This document shows, one piece after another, positions 15,296 through 30,860 of a stretch of DNA of 64,000 nt. Source of the DNA: the human T2T-CHM13v2.0 reference genome, Homo sapiens. The position numbers and the translations under genes were made by a program. The stretch lies in the NCBI RefSeq assembly GCF_009914755.1, contig NC_060938.1; one strand, 5' to 3'. A model generated the notes under the pieces. The model had not been told where the DNA came from and made no database searches. It was given only the letters and a program-made list of their open reading frames with translations. Numbering within the stretch: position 1 is the stretch's first letter; each line of letters opens with the position of its first letter.

Positions 15296-15807
15296 GTCCT
15301 TGATGGTGGCACTAGCCTCTGCAATCCTTCCAGGGATGTGATATTGTTTTTATTTACTATTTTTCTAGGCAGAGGCAGCTCTAATGCCTTCCATTTGGCC
15401 TTTCCCACCAAAATAGCCCTCAACCTATCAGTCAGGGAGCCAATGTGGGGGTTCTGCCAGCTACTAGGTATGTCTATGCCAATTATGCATTCTGGCACTG
15501 GAGAAATGACCACAGGATGAGTCCCAGGACCCACTGGACCCACTGTAAGTCAAACCTGAGCTAAAACTCCATTAATTACCTGACCTCCATATGCCTCTAC
15601 TTTAACTGGAGGACCACAATGACATTTTGGGTCCCCTGGAATCAACGTCAGCTCAGAGCCAGTGTCCAGTAGTCCCCAAAATATCTGATAATTTCCCTTT
15701 CCCCAGTGCACAGTTACTCTGTTAAAAGCCCAGAGGTCTCCTTGGGGAAGGATGGGAGAAAGATTTACTGCATAAATTGTCAGTAATGTAGTGAGGTCCT
15801 TCCTCAA
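15292..15807 (-). pseudogene. HERV-L protease
   Basis: LLDTGSELTLIPG aspartyl-protease motif and CIIGID. Confidence 0.85.
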
Positions 15808-17269
15808 GGGGACCTGGCCTCCCCTTCATTCAAGTGGCTTTGGGTTTGTAAACTCACTCAAGTCTGGAAATTGATTGAGGGGCCATGATTCTGTTTTTAT
15901 AATTCAAATTAGTCTTTTGTCCATTTGAGCTAGAAGTCTTCTGCTTGTATAAATTAAGTAGGAATGCAGTAGGTTTCCTATTAATTTCACTTCTAGGAAC
16001 ACAGTGATTAATTAACCAGTGCCAGAGCTCTATACAAGTCAGACTATTCTGATTGCCACTTTGCCTCTGCTGTCCATTATGGCAGTAGCTATGCCCACCT
16101 TGCCTTTGACAGTTGAGTGCCACCACTTGGCCCCTCCCACCTCAGGATCCAATTATTCCCATTGTATTTAAATTTTGTAGTTGAGTGACTGTGGTTTCCA
16201 CTGTTAGATCTGACATACAGAGAAGAGCAATTACAGGGCTCTTCAAAGATGCAGGTGCTGCCCTCACAAATCTGTTTTGCAAGGCATTGGTCAAGGGTGT
16301 ATCTTCTGGACCCTCTCAGCTGGGATAAGTAGGTCTAAAGTGGCTAATCCACTCCACCATCCCAATCTCCCTAAGCCTTTGGATCCCTTCCTCTACATTA
16401 AACCAAGGGAGATCAGGCATTTCCAGCTCATTCACAGTGGGCCATCTTTTAATCCATATTTCAGCTAACAAAGCAAATAAATTATTAGAACTTTTTTGAA
16501 CTCCTTGAGCTGCAACATTAAATGCAGAGTCCCTACTTAGTGGGCCCAAATCAATAAATTCAGCCTGATCCAACTCTATGTTCCTTCCACCATTATCCCA
16601 CACCCTTAATATCCATTCCCATGCCTGTTCTTCAGATTTCTGCTTATATAAATTAGAAAACTCAAGCAGTTCTTTTTGAGTGTAGTGCACCTCCCCATAG
16701 GTCACACTCTCAACCTCACCTCTAGGGGCCTGCCAGGACTTTAGTCTAGTTATATGTCTAGAAGCAAACAGGGGTGTTGGGGGTGGCTCCTGATGAGAAT
16801 CAACATTATCTTGCCTGGAAACTGCCTCAGGGAAGCCCATCACTGTTGTCTCAGGCAGCGCAAACTTTATCTCCTCAGACAAAGGTGGAAAGGCTGATGG
16901 CAGCATGGGTCGGGGAGGGGATGCTGCCACTACTGGGGATGGGGAAGCTGTTTGTTCTGGTAAAAAAGTTTCATCGAGAGAAGGCAGGAAAGGAGGCTGT
17001 GTGTGTGCAAGGTGTGGGGGTGGTTAGAGGATCCTTCTATGCTCCAAGTCAGCCCTGAGTCTCCATGACTCTTCTCTTTCTTCCCAAACACCCACTGAGC
17101 ACTGTGGGGTATTGACCGCAGCCCTTACCTTCCAGGGACTTTGATGATGCATAAAATGAGGTCATCCTTGGAGTTGGCAGGAAAGTCAGAGAAGGAGGTG
17201 CTCCAGGAGGCAGGATTAAATCAGGAGTTATCAGGGTTTAGAAATTATAACATAAATCACAGCATCTAC

Positions 17270-17465
17270 CACGTAGTAGGCACTGCTCTAAGCTCACAAA
17301 GTCCCCATAAGCCTTCAAGATAAATTCTATTATCATCCTCATTTTGCAGATTAGGAATTGAGGCACAGAGAGGTTAGGTAATTTGTGCAAGTCACACAGC
17401 TGAGAAATGGCAGAACTGGGATTTGAAACCCAGGCAGAGTGGGTCTGGATGTCATGATCTTAACC
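17270..17465 (-). mobile_element. MIR fragment carried within the SVA 5' transduction
   Basis: CATTTTGCAGATTAGGAATTGAGGCACAGAGAGGTTAGGTAATTTG is the reverse-complement MIR core. Confidence 0.8.
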
Positions 17466-17919
17466 ATGATGAAATTTACCAATGACCCTCTCCCTCTCCC
17501 TCTCCCTCACGGTCTCCCTCTCCCCACGGTCTCCCTCTCCCTCTCTTTCCACGGTCTCCCTCTGATGCCGAGCCGAAGCTGGACTGTACTGCTGCCATCT
17601 CGGCTCACTGCAACCTCCCTGCCTGATTCTCCTGCCTCAGCCTGCCGAGTGCCTGCGATTGCAGGCGCGCGCCGCCACGCCTGACTGGTTTTCGTATTTT
17701 TTTGTTGGAGACGGGGTTTCGCTGTGTTGGCCGGGCTGGCCTCCAGCTCCTAACCGCGAGTGATCCGCCAGCCTCGGCCTCCGGAGGTGCCGGGATTGCA
17801 GACGGTGTCTGGTTCACTCAGTGCTCAATGGTGCCCAGGCTGGAGTGCAGTGGCGTGATCTCGGCTCGCTACAACCTCCACCTCCCAGCCGCCTGCCTTG
17901 GCCTCCCAAAGTGCCCAGA

Positions 17920-18730
17920 GTGCAGCCTCTGCCCGGCCGCCACCCTGTCTAGGAAGTGAGGAGCGTCTCTGCCCGGCCGCCCATCGTCTGAGATGTGGGG
18001 AGTGCCTTTGCCCCGCCGCCCCGTCTGGGATGTGAGGAGCGCCTCTGCCCGGTTGCGACCCCGTCTGGGAGGTGAGGAGCGTCTCTGCCCAGCCGCCCCA
18101 TCTGAGAAGGGAGGAGACCCTCCACCTGGCAACCACCCCGTCTGAGAAGTGAGGAGCCCCTCTGCCCGGCAGCCACCCCGTCTGGGAAGTGAGGAGCGTC
18201 TCCGCCCAGCAGCCGCCCCGTCTGGGAGGGAGGTGGGGGGGTCAGCCCCCCGCCCGGCCAGCCGCCCCGTCCGGGAGGGAGGTGGGGGGGTCAGCCCCCC
18301 GCCCGGCCAGCCGCCTCGTCCAGGAGGTGAGGGGCGCCTCTGCCCAGCCGCCCCTACTGGGAAGTGAGGAGCCCCTCTGCCTGGCCAGCCGCTCCGTCTG
18401 GGAGGGAGGTGGGGGGGTCAGCCCCCTGCCCGGCCAGCCGCCCCGTCCGGGAGGGAGGTGGGGGGTTCAGCCCCCCGCCCAGGAGCCGCCCCGTCCGGGA
18501 GGGAGGTGGGGGGGTCAGCCCCCCGCCCGGCCAGCCACCCCATCCGGGAGGGAGGTGGGGGGGTCAGCCCCCCGCCCGGCCAGCTGCCCCGTCCGGGAGG
18601 GAGGTGGGGGGGTCAGCCCCTCGCCCGGCCAGCCGCCCCACCCCAGAGGTGAGGGGCGCCTCTGCCCGGCCGCCCCTACTGGGAAGTGAGGAGCCCCTCT
18701 GCCCGGCCACCACCCCGTCTGGGAGGTGTG
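17920..18730 (+). repeat. SVA VNTR (GC-rich, ~37-50 bp units)
   Basis: Repeated GCCCGGCCAGCCGCCCCGTCCGGGAGGGAGGTGGGGGGGTCAGCCCCCC and related units. Confidence 0.95.
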
Positions 18731-19539
18731 CCCAACAGCTCATTGAGAACGGGCCATGATGACAATGGCGGTTTTGTGGAATAGAAAGGCGGGAAAGGTG
18801 GGGAAAAGATTGAGAAATCGGATGGTTGCCGTGTCTGTGTGGAAAGAAGTAGACATGGGAGACTTTTCATTTTGTTCTATACTAAGAAAAATTCTTCTGC
18901 CTTGGAAAAAAAAAAAAAAAGTTTCATCACAGTTTACAAACTCAGTGTCCCCAGTTTCATCAGGGTCCTCCCACACATCCCCATTCCAAGCTGCAGGGTC
19001 CCATTCTTTTCCAATCAAACCCTCACTTTAACAGTAGACACCTGGCAAGGCTGTACATTCAGCTTTCATTGCAGGTCAGCCACTCTCATGCTTAGAGCTT
19101 GTGTCTGTTTTTCCACAATTTCAGCTCTTTCTCTACAGGAGATAAGACTCTCACTCAGGGCAATCTTGGCAGATTTCAGGCTCAGTATCTGCTTCTGAAG
19201 CTGGCAGTTAAAATCCCTGAGTTCATCATTTTCTTCCATCACTTTGTCCACTGGACTTAGGAGCAATCAACCAGCTTCACTGTGTTTCTTGGTTCTCCAC
19301 ATATGGTCAAAGGTATTATGTATACAGTCACTAAACTCTTTGCCTCTCATGAGTGGTGAATCAAGAGTGTCAAATGCATTTATTTTGCATAACTCTCTAA
19401 ACAGTTCATGCCAAGGACTATTAGTGCTCTCCATACTATTAGAAGTAGAGTCCTTCGCATTTTTGGGTCTAATCATATTCAGCAGCCAACTCCAGAAACA
19501 CCAAAACCAATGAAAGAACTCCATCCTTAATATTATTTT

Positions 19540-19568
19540 CCTCTAGAACCATTCCTGGTACCAAAATC
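19540..19568 (-). promoter_or_regulatory. HERV-L primer-binding site
   Basis: TGGTACCAGGAATGGTTCT on the minus strand just downstream of the 5' LTR. Confidence 0.7.
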
Positions 19569-19988
19569 TGTATTAGTCAGGGTTCTCTAGAGGGACAGAA
19601 CTAATGGAATAGATATATATGCATAAAGGGGAGTTTATTAAGTATTAACTCACATGATCACAGGTCCCACAACAGGCCACCTTCAGGCTGAGGAGCAAGG
19701 AGAGCCAGTCCGAGTTCCAAAACTGAGGAACTTGGAGTTTGATGTTTGAGGGCAGGAAACATCCAGCATGGGAGAAAGATGTAGGCTGGGAGGTTACTTT
19801 TCTTCCTGCTTATATTCTAGCAGCGCTGGCAGCTGATAAGATTGTGCCCACCCAAATTAAGGGTGGGCCTGCCTTTCCCAGCCCACTGACTCAAATGTTA
19901 ATTTGACAACACCCTTACAGACACACCCAGGATCAATACTTTGTATCCTTCAATCTAATCAAGTTGACATTCAGTGTTAACCATCACA
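19569..19988 (-). repeat. HERV-L 5' LTR (MLT2A1-like)
   Basis: About 420 bp copy of the left LTR with substitutions and small deletions; upstream of the PBS and gag. Confidence 0.9.
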
Positions 19989-20300
19989 TCCAAGTTTATG
20001 CAAATGTTGGAATTACAATACAAAAATTTTAAAGCAGCTTTTATAACTGGTCTCTATGAGACAAAGGTAAAGCCTCTTGAAATGAACAGAGGGATAGATG
20101 ATCTTAGCAAAGAAGTAGAAAGCATTAAAAAAAGAACCAAATGGAAATTTTAGAACTGAAAAATATAAGAACTAAAATAAAAAATTCACCAGATGAGCTC
20201 AGTAGCAGAATGGCAATGACAGAGAAAAGGCAATTAACTTGAAGATAGACCAATATAAATTATCCAGTTGGAAGAAAGGGAAAAAAACAAAACAGATTAG
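19989..20300 (+). mobile_element. Old L1M ORF1-region fragment, right part
   Basis: AAAGAACCAAATGGAAATTTTAGAACTGAAAAATATA...GAAGATAGACCAATA is typical L1M ORF1 coiled-coil region. Confidence 0.7.
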
Positions 20301-20602
<302 letters not shown>

Positions 20603-21218
20603 CTCACTAGCAGATTTTGAAAATCTGTGATCTGTGCTATGTAACCCCCATTCTCCATAGTGTATAAAATTCAATGCAAACTGTAAAGCTCATTATTCCT
20701 TTGTAGCATGTGTCTACTTCTAGAAAATAGGGCAAAATGGAGACCTACTTCAGCCTTGGGGAGGGTGAAACAGAGGCTGTCCTTATGTCCTGTGACTTCT
20801 GGCCATGTCTTCTTTCTCTTGACTCTGCTGCTGCTCTTTCTGACCTTTCTCTAGCTCAGGAGTGAGCAAAATTTCCTGTAGGATGGCTATTTCAGAAAAA
20901 AATAAAAATAAAAAGCCATATTAAAACATTATGCTTTAGATAAAAAACCATCTAAAACCAAGCTTAGGCATTTCTTTAAAATTTTCCTTTCACTAATGTT
21001 TTTCTCTTTATTCATTTGTCTTTTCTTTCGTTTCTTTTTGTTTGAAAAAAAACACACTTACATATTGCAGTTATGCAATATACTTTGGAATCCCTAATTA
21101 TAATGCTTCTTCCTGAACACATTTTATTTTGGCATCTTTTTGTTGTTCACCCTTCCTTGTTTTGCCTTTAATCTACAAAAGGCAAAACAGGCCTTTTCTG
21201 TCTCACTCAGGCCTCTAA

Positions 21219-21590
<372 letters not shown>

Positions 21591-22734
21591 ACAATTGTAT
21601 CTTTTAAGACAAGACATTTTCTTTTTCATTTTAAACAAGTGGCAATGTCCGTAGTACCCAAGAAGTACTCCTCAATTAACTTATTTGAAACCATTAACAT
21701 TATCAGTCATTTTTCTATATTGATAGCATCCACAGCAAGGATTTCCACTTCAGTTATACCTACATCCAGCCAATTTGGCCTCACAACCAGCAAAAAAATC
21801 GGATCCATTGTTTTTCAGGAGAGCATAGAAACACTGGTTGTTCAATGTAAGAGGTGAACCTGGCTGAGCTTGGTCATCCCTGGGCTATTTTCTCCCTTCT
21901 GTAAACCTAAGGTTTCCTGACTAAAGCTAATCATGATGGCCTCACTCTTATGCAAATGAGCAGAGAATGTGAAGAGAAATAATAACAGAGAAAATGACAA
22001 TGGGTTTGGAGGAAGAAGACCAGGGTCATCTTTGCAGCTAAATGCTCATTGATCTCAGAGAGGTGGCCTAAGTAAGCAGGAAGCCCAGGCTACTCTGTGG
22101 GATGCTCATCTTTTTCCGAGTGGATTTCCTGATAATCACAACTCAGAAGAGTTTTTCCTTTAAAGTGACAGCATTGGGGTGCTTGTCTATAATCAGTCCT
22201 AAGTGATGCTTGCTTAAAGATTCCACAGTAGCACTGAAAATAAAATTGAAAATTCTTTCTGCCTTAAGGTGTATACATTATTGGTTTTTGTATGTTTGCT
22301 GATTTAAAATAATCATTATTAAAATGATTTTTAATAAAATAATCAGCATTAAAATATGCTGATTTTAAAATAATCATTTTATCTATAATATGACAATTCA
22401 GAAAATTCTGATATTTAAATAATTCATGGTTCTTTGCATTCTGTTAGATATAAAGCATTTTTTTCTATTAAAAGTGCAGAAGCTTTTTTTTGGGGGGGAA
22501 ACTAGACTTTCTTTTTTTTTTAAATTATTATTATACTTTAAGTTTTAGGGTACATGTGCACAATGTGCAGATTAGTTACATATGTATACATGTGCCATGC
22601 TGGTGTGCTGCACCCACTAACTCGTCATCTAGCATTAGGTATATCTCCCAATGCTATCCCTCCCCCCTCCCCCCACCCCACAACAGTCCCCAGAGTGTGA
22701 TGTTTCCCTTCCAGTGTCCACGTGTTCTAATTGT

Positions 22735-26562
<3,828 letters not shown>

Positions 26563-26625
26563 TATGATGTTAGCTGGTTATTTTGCTCGTTAGTTGATGC
26601 AGTTTCTTCCTAGTCTGGATGGTCT

Positions 26626-27642
26626 TTACATTTTGGCATGATTTTGCAGTGGCTGGTACCAGTTGTTCCTTTCCATGTTTAGCGCTTCCTTCAGCAGCTC
26701 TTTTAGGGCAGGCCTGGTGGTGACAAAATCTCTCAGCATTTGCTTGTCTGTAAAGTATTTTATTTCTCCTTCACTTATGAAGCTTAGTTTGGCTGGATAT
26801 GAAATTCTGGGTTGAAAATTCTTTTCTTTGAGAATGTTGAATATTGGCCCCCACTCTCTTCTGGCTTGTGGAGTTTCTGCGGAGAGATCCACTATTAGTC
26901 TGATGGCCTTCCCTTTGAGGGTAACCCGACCTTTCTCTCTGGCTTCCCTTAACATTTTTTCCTTCATTTCAACTTTGGTGAATCTGACAATTATGTGTCT
27001 TGGAGTTGCTCTTCTTGAGGAGTATCTTTGTGGCATTCTCTGTATTTCCTGAATCTGAATGTTGGCCTGCCTTGCTAGATTGGGGAAGTTCTCCTGGATA
27101 ATATCCTGCAGAGTGTTTTCCAACTTGGTTCCATTCTCCCCGTCACTTTCAGGTACACCAATCAGACGTAGATTTGGTCTTTTCACATAGTCCCGTATTT
27201 CTTGGAGGCTTTGCTCCTTTCTTTTTATTCTTTTTTCTCTAAACTTCCCTTCTCGCTTCATTTCATTCATTTCATCTTCCATCGCTGATTACCTTTCTTC
27301 CAGTTGATCGCACCGGCTCCTGAGGCTTCTGCATTCTTCACGTAGTTCTCGAGCCTTGGTTTTCAGCTCCATCAGCTCCTTTAAGCACTTCTCTGTATTG
27401 GTTATTCTAGTTATACATTCTTCTAAATTTTTTTCAAAGTTTTCAACTTCTTTGCCTTTGGTTTGAATGTCCTCCCGTAGCTCGGAGTAATTTGATCATC
27501 TGAAGCCTTCTTCTCTCAGCTCGTCAAAGTCATTCTCCATCCAGCTTTGTTCCGTTGCTGGTGAGGAACTGCGTTCCTTTGGAGGAGGAGAGGCGCTCTG
27601 CTTTTTAGAGTTTCCAGTTTTTCTGTTCTGTTTTTTCCCCAT
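26626..27642 (-). pseudogene. L1 ORF1, full-length span with one in-frame stop
   Basis: ATG at 27642 to stop at 26626 is 1017 nt (338 codons plus stop); internal TAA at ~27290 (EER*SAMEDE). Confidence 0.92.
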
Positions 27643-28097
27643 CTTTGTGGTTTTATCTACTTTTGGTCTTTGATGATGGTGATGTACAGATGGGTTTTTG
27701 GTGTGGATGTCCTTTCTGTTTGTTAGTTTTCCTTCTAACAGACAGGACCCTCAGCTGCAGGTCTGTTGGGGTCCTGGGCCCTGTGAGGTGTCAGTCTGCC
27801 CCTGCTGGGGGGTGCCTGCCAGTTAGGCTGCTCGGGGGTCAGGGGTCAGGGACCCACTTGAGGAGGCAGTCTGCCCGTTCTCAGATCTCCAGCTGCGTGC
27901 TGGGAGAACCACTGCTCTCTTCAGAGCTGTCAGACAGGGACATTTAAGTCTGCAGAGGTTACTGCTATCTTTTTGTTTGTCTGTGCCCTGCCCCCAGAGG
28001 TGGAGCCTACAGAGGCAGGCAGGCCTCCTTGAGCTGTGGTGGGCTCCACCCAGTTCGCGCTTCCCTGCTGCTTTGTTTACCTAATCAAGCCTGGGCA

Positions 28098-28406
28098 ATG
28101 GCGGGCGCCCCTCCCCCAGCCTCGCTGCCGCCTTGCAGTTTGATCTCAGACTGCTGTGCTAGCAATCAGCGAGACTCCGTGGGCATAGGACCCTCCGAGC
28201 CAGGTGTTGGATGTAATCTCCTGGTGGGCCGTTTTTTAAGCCCGTCGGAAAAGCGCAGTATTCGGGTGGGAGTGACCCGATTTTCCCGGTGCCGTCTGTC
28301 ACCCCTTTTTTTGACTAGGAAAGGGAACTCCCTGACCCCTTGCGCTTCCCGAGTGAGGCAGTGCCTCGCCCTGCTTTGGCTCGCGCACGGTGCGTGCACC
28401 CACTGA
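28098..28406 (+). CDS. LINE-1 antisense ORF0 (102 aa, open)
   Basis: MAGAPPPASLPPCSLISDCCASNQRDSVG... matches primate L1 ORF0; expression unknown. Confidence 0.6.
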   Translation: MAGAPPPASLPPCSLISDCCASNQRDSVGIGPSEPGVGCNLLVGRFLSPSEKRSIRVGVTRFSRCRLSPLFLTRKGNSLTPCASRVRQCLALLWLAHGACTH

Positions 28407-28529
28407 CCTGTGCCCACTCTCTGGCACTTCCTAGTGAGATGAACCCGGTACCTCAGATGGAAATGGCAGAAATCACCCGTCTTCTGCGTCGCTCACGCTG
28501 GGCGCTGTAGACTGGAGCTGTTCCTATTC

Positions 28530-28539
28530 GGCCATCTTG
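28530..28539 (-). promoter_or_regulatory. L1 5'UTR YY1 site (intact)
   Basis: CAAGATGGCC on the L1 sense strand near the 5' end. Confidence 0.8.
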
Positions 28540-28892
28540 GCTCCTCCCCGCCGGAAGCTCGCAAAAGCTTTTTTGTAGACACCAAGTACAATCTTTGTAA
28601 ATGTAGTTGTCTCAAAAAACATCTGTCCAAACAATTCTTAAACTAAATATCCATAATATAGAAATATATAGGCAGATATAAAACTATTTTTAAACTTCGG
28701 TCATAGCAAACTGAAGATTATCTAAGTTTTAAAAAAGTTATTTTCAGCCTGTTTGCAAGATTATAGCTTTATGTCTAGCATAAATATTTCTCCTAGTTTT
28801 CTGGAACAGATAGGCTAGAAAACATTTACAAACAAATAAAAATAAAGAATTTCAGGCAACAATAAAAGTTAAAAAAGAAAGAAGGCTGTTTA

Positions 28893-29202
<310 letters not shown>

Positions 29203-29964
29203 CCTTTACCAGTTCCAATGCATTCATGCTGACACCACCATAACAAAGTAGTTGAAATGTTTGTTGTGATCAAGAAATTGCAAATAAATGAAAAGCCAGG
29301 TAGGTGACTAGAAATAGTTTACCTGTACTACAGCAAGAAGAGGAAACTTACCATCCTGTGCAAAGAGGCAGCATGCAGGGCAGAAGGGCAGGAAGCCCAA
29401 GGGAGTCTGCAGTCAGGAACACTGAGTTGCCACCTCAGAAAAACATCCATCTCCCTTATTACCCCATGGTGCTTTTCTGCCACACATCAAACACCAGATG
29501 GACAGCCAGCTGTCAGAAAACGTTGTCTGCTTGCCTCATAAATGGGAATATAGTGTGTAGAAGGTACCGTTTTAGAGTCTTGTACTTTCATGTGGAAGTG
29601 CTAGTAAGGCAGCAGGAGCTCAGGGTAGGGGTTACACGTTGCAAAAATGTCCAGAAACATCAAACACTGTGCTCTCTGCAAAAAGGTAGGCTCCAGCTTT
29701 AGCTGCTGATTATTTTGGCTCAAGCTGAGTCAAACAGTACACAAAGAATAGACAAAAGCCTGCAAACGACTGGCAGTCGCCATGGGGTTCACCAAACCAG
29801 TGCTGGCTCACTCCAGACATTGTTCTTTCCCTGTGGAAGCGCGGCTGCACCTGCGCCCAGATGAAGCTTGGCCACATCTCCTCTGCCGGACCTCTGGAAA
29901 ACTCTCCTTTAGCGAGAAGATGGGACTCAGGTCATTGAAGGTTTTTGTTTCTGTACAGGGTTGA

Positions 29965-30364
<400 letters not shown>

Positions 30365-30759
30365 TAGCCACATCCCTCTAATATTAGCACTTATATTGCC
30401 TACTCAACCCTCTGACAAACTACCCACTCATTAATTGTCTGTTTTATTTTTGCCCTAATACCAATTCTCAGAGACCAATTTTTTTGAGTGCCTTCTGATC
30501 ATTGTCAGGGCATATCAACTTTTTTTTTTTTTATTACTTTTTTCTTCAAGAAGTGAAAAGAAAAATCATTTTCTTTCATTTAATATTATGGGTATCAAGA
30601 ATAATGTGATATTTATGGGTCTTAAGAACTGTCTGCCCATAGGGTTCATTTCTTAAATGACTATTTCTTAAATGTGTATAAAATATTCTATTACATGAGC
30701 AAGAGCCTCTTATTACTCTTTTCATTTTATAGAAAAGGAAATTAAGGGCAGTTACATGA

Positions 30760-30860
30760 TTTTTTTTAGACAACATCTCACTCTGTCACCCAGGCTGGGG
30801 TACAATGGTACAATCACAGCTCACTGCAGCCTTGAACTCCTGGGTCCAAGCAATCCTCAG
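30760..30860 (-). mobile_element. Alu right-arm fragment
   Basis: CTCTGTCACCCAGGCTGG...CTCACTGCAGCCTTGAACTCC. Confidence 0.8.

Larger units (their letters stand above)
16976..18920 (+). mobile_element. SVA retrotransposon (SVA_D-like) with 5' transduction and truncated SINE-R
   Basis: Perfect 14-bp TSD AAAAAAGTTTCATC (16962-16975 / 18915-18928). CCCTCT hexamers from ~17486, Alu-like domain, GC-rich VNTR, partial SINE-R, poly(A). Confidence 0.95.
15830..19524 (-). pseudogene. HERV-L gag, disrupted by stops and the SVA insertion
   Basis: ORF fragments 19267-19524, 19066-19266, 16316-16930 (WEWILRVWDNGGRNIELDQAEFID) and 15854-16126. Confidence 0.85.
11536..19988 (-). mobile_element. HERV-L provirus, two LTRs, env-less, defective
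   Basis: Paired TG...CA LTRs, near-perfect 5-bp TSD (CCCAA 11531-11535 / TCCAA 19989-19993), and gag, pro, RT, RNase H, IN and dUTPase remnants in order on the minus strand. Confidence 0.95.

Noticed and set aside
17920-18730. Repeat array superficially resembling CRISPR
   Set aside because: Tandem units without unique spacers in primate DNA; it is the SVA VNTR.
17439-18759. Cluster of Pro/Gly/Arg-rich ORFs and CpG-island-like composition
   Set aside because: Explained by the SVA Alu-like domain and VNTR; not a host promoter or gene.
29304-29964. 132-aa ORF and GC-richer unique patch
   Set aside because: Non-ATG start, no recognisable motifs or clear splice structure; may be regulatory but unsupported.
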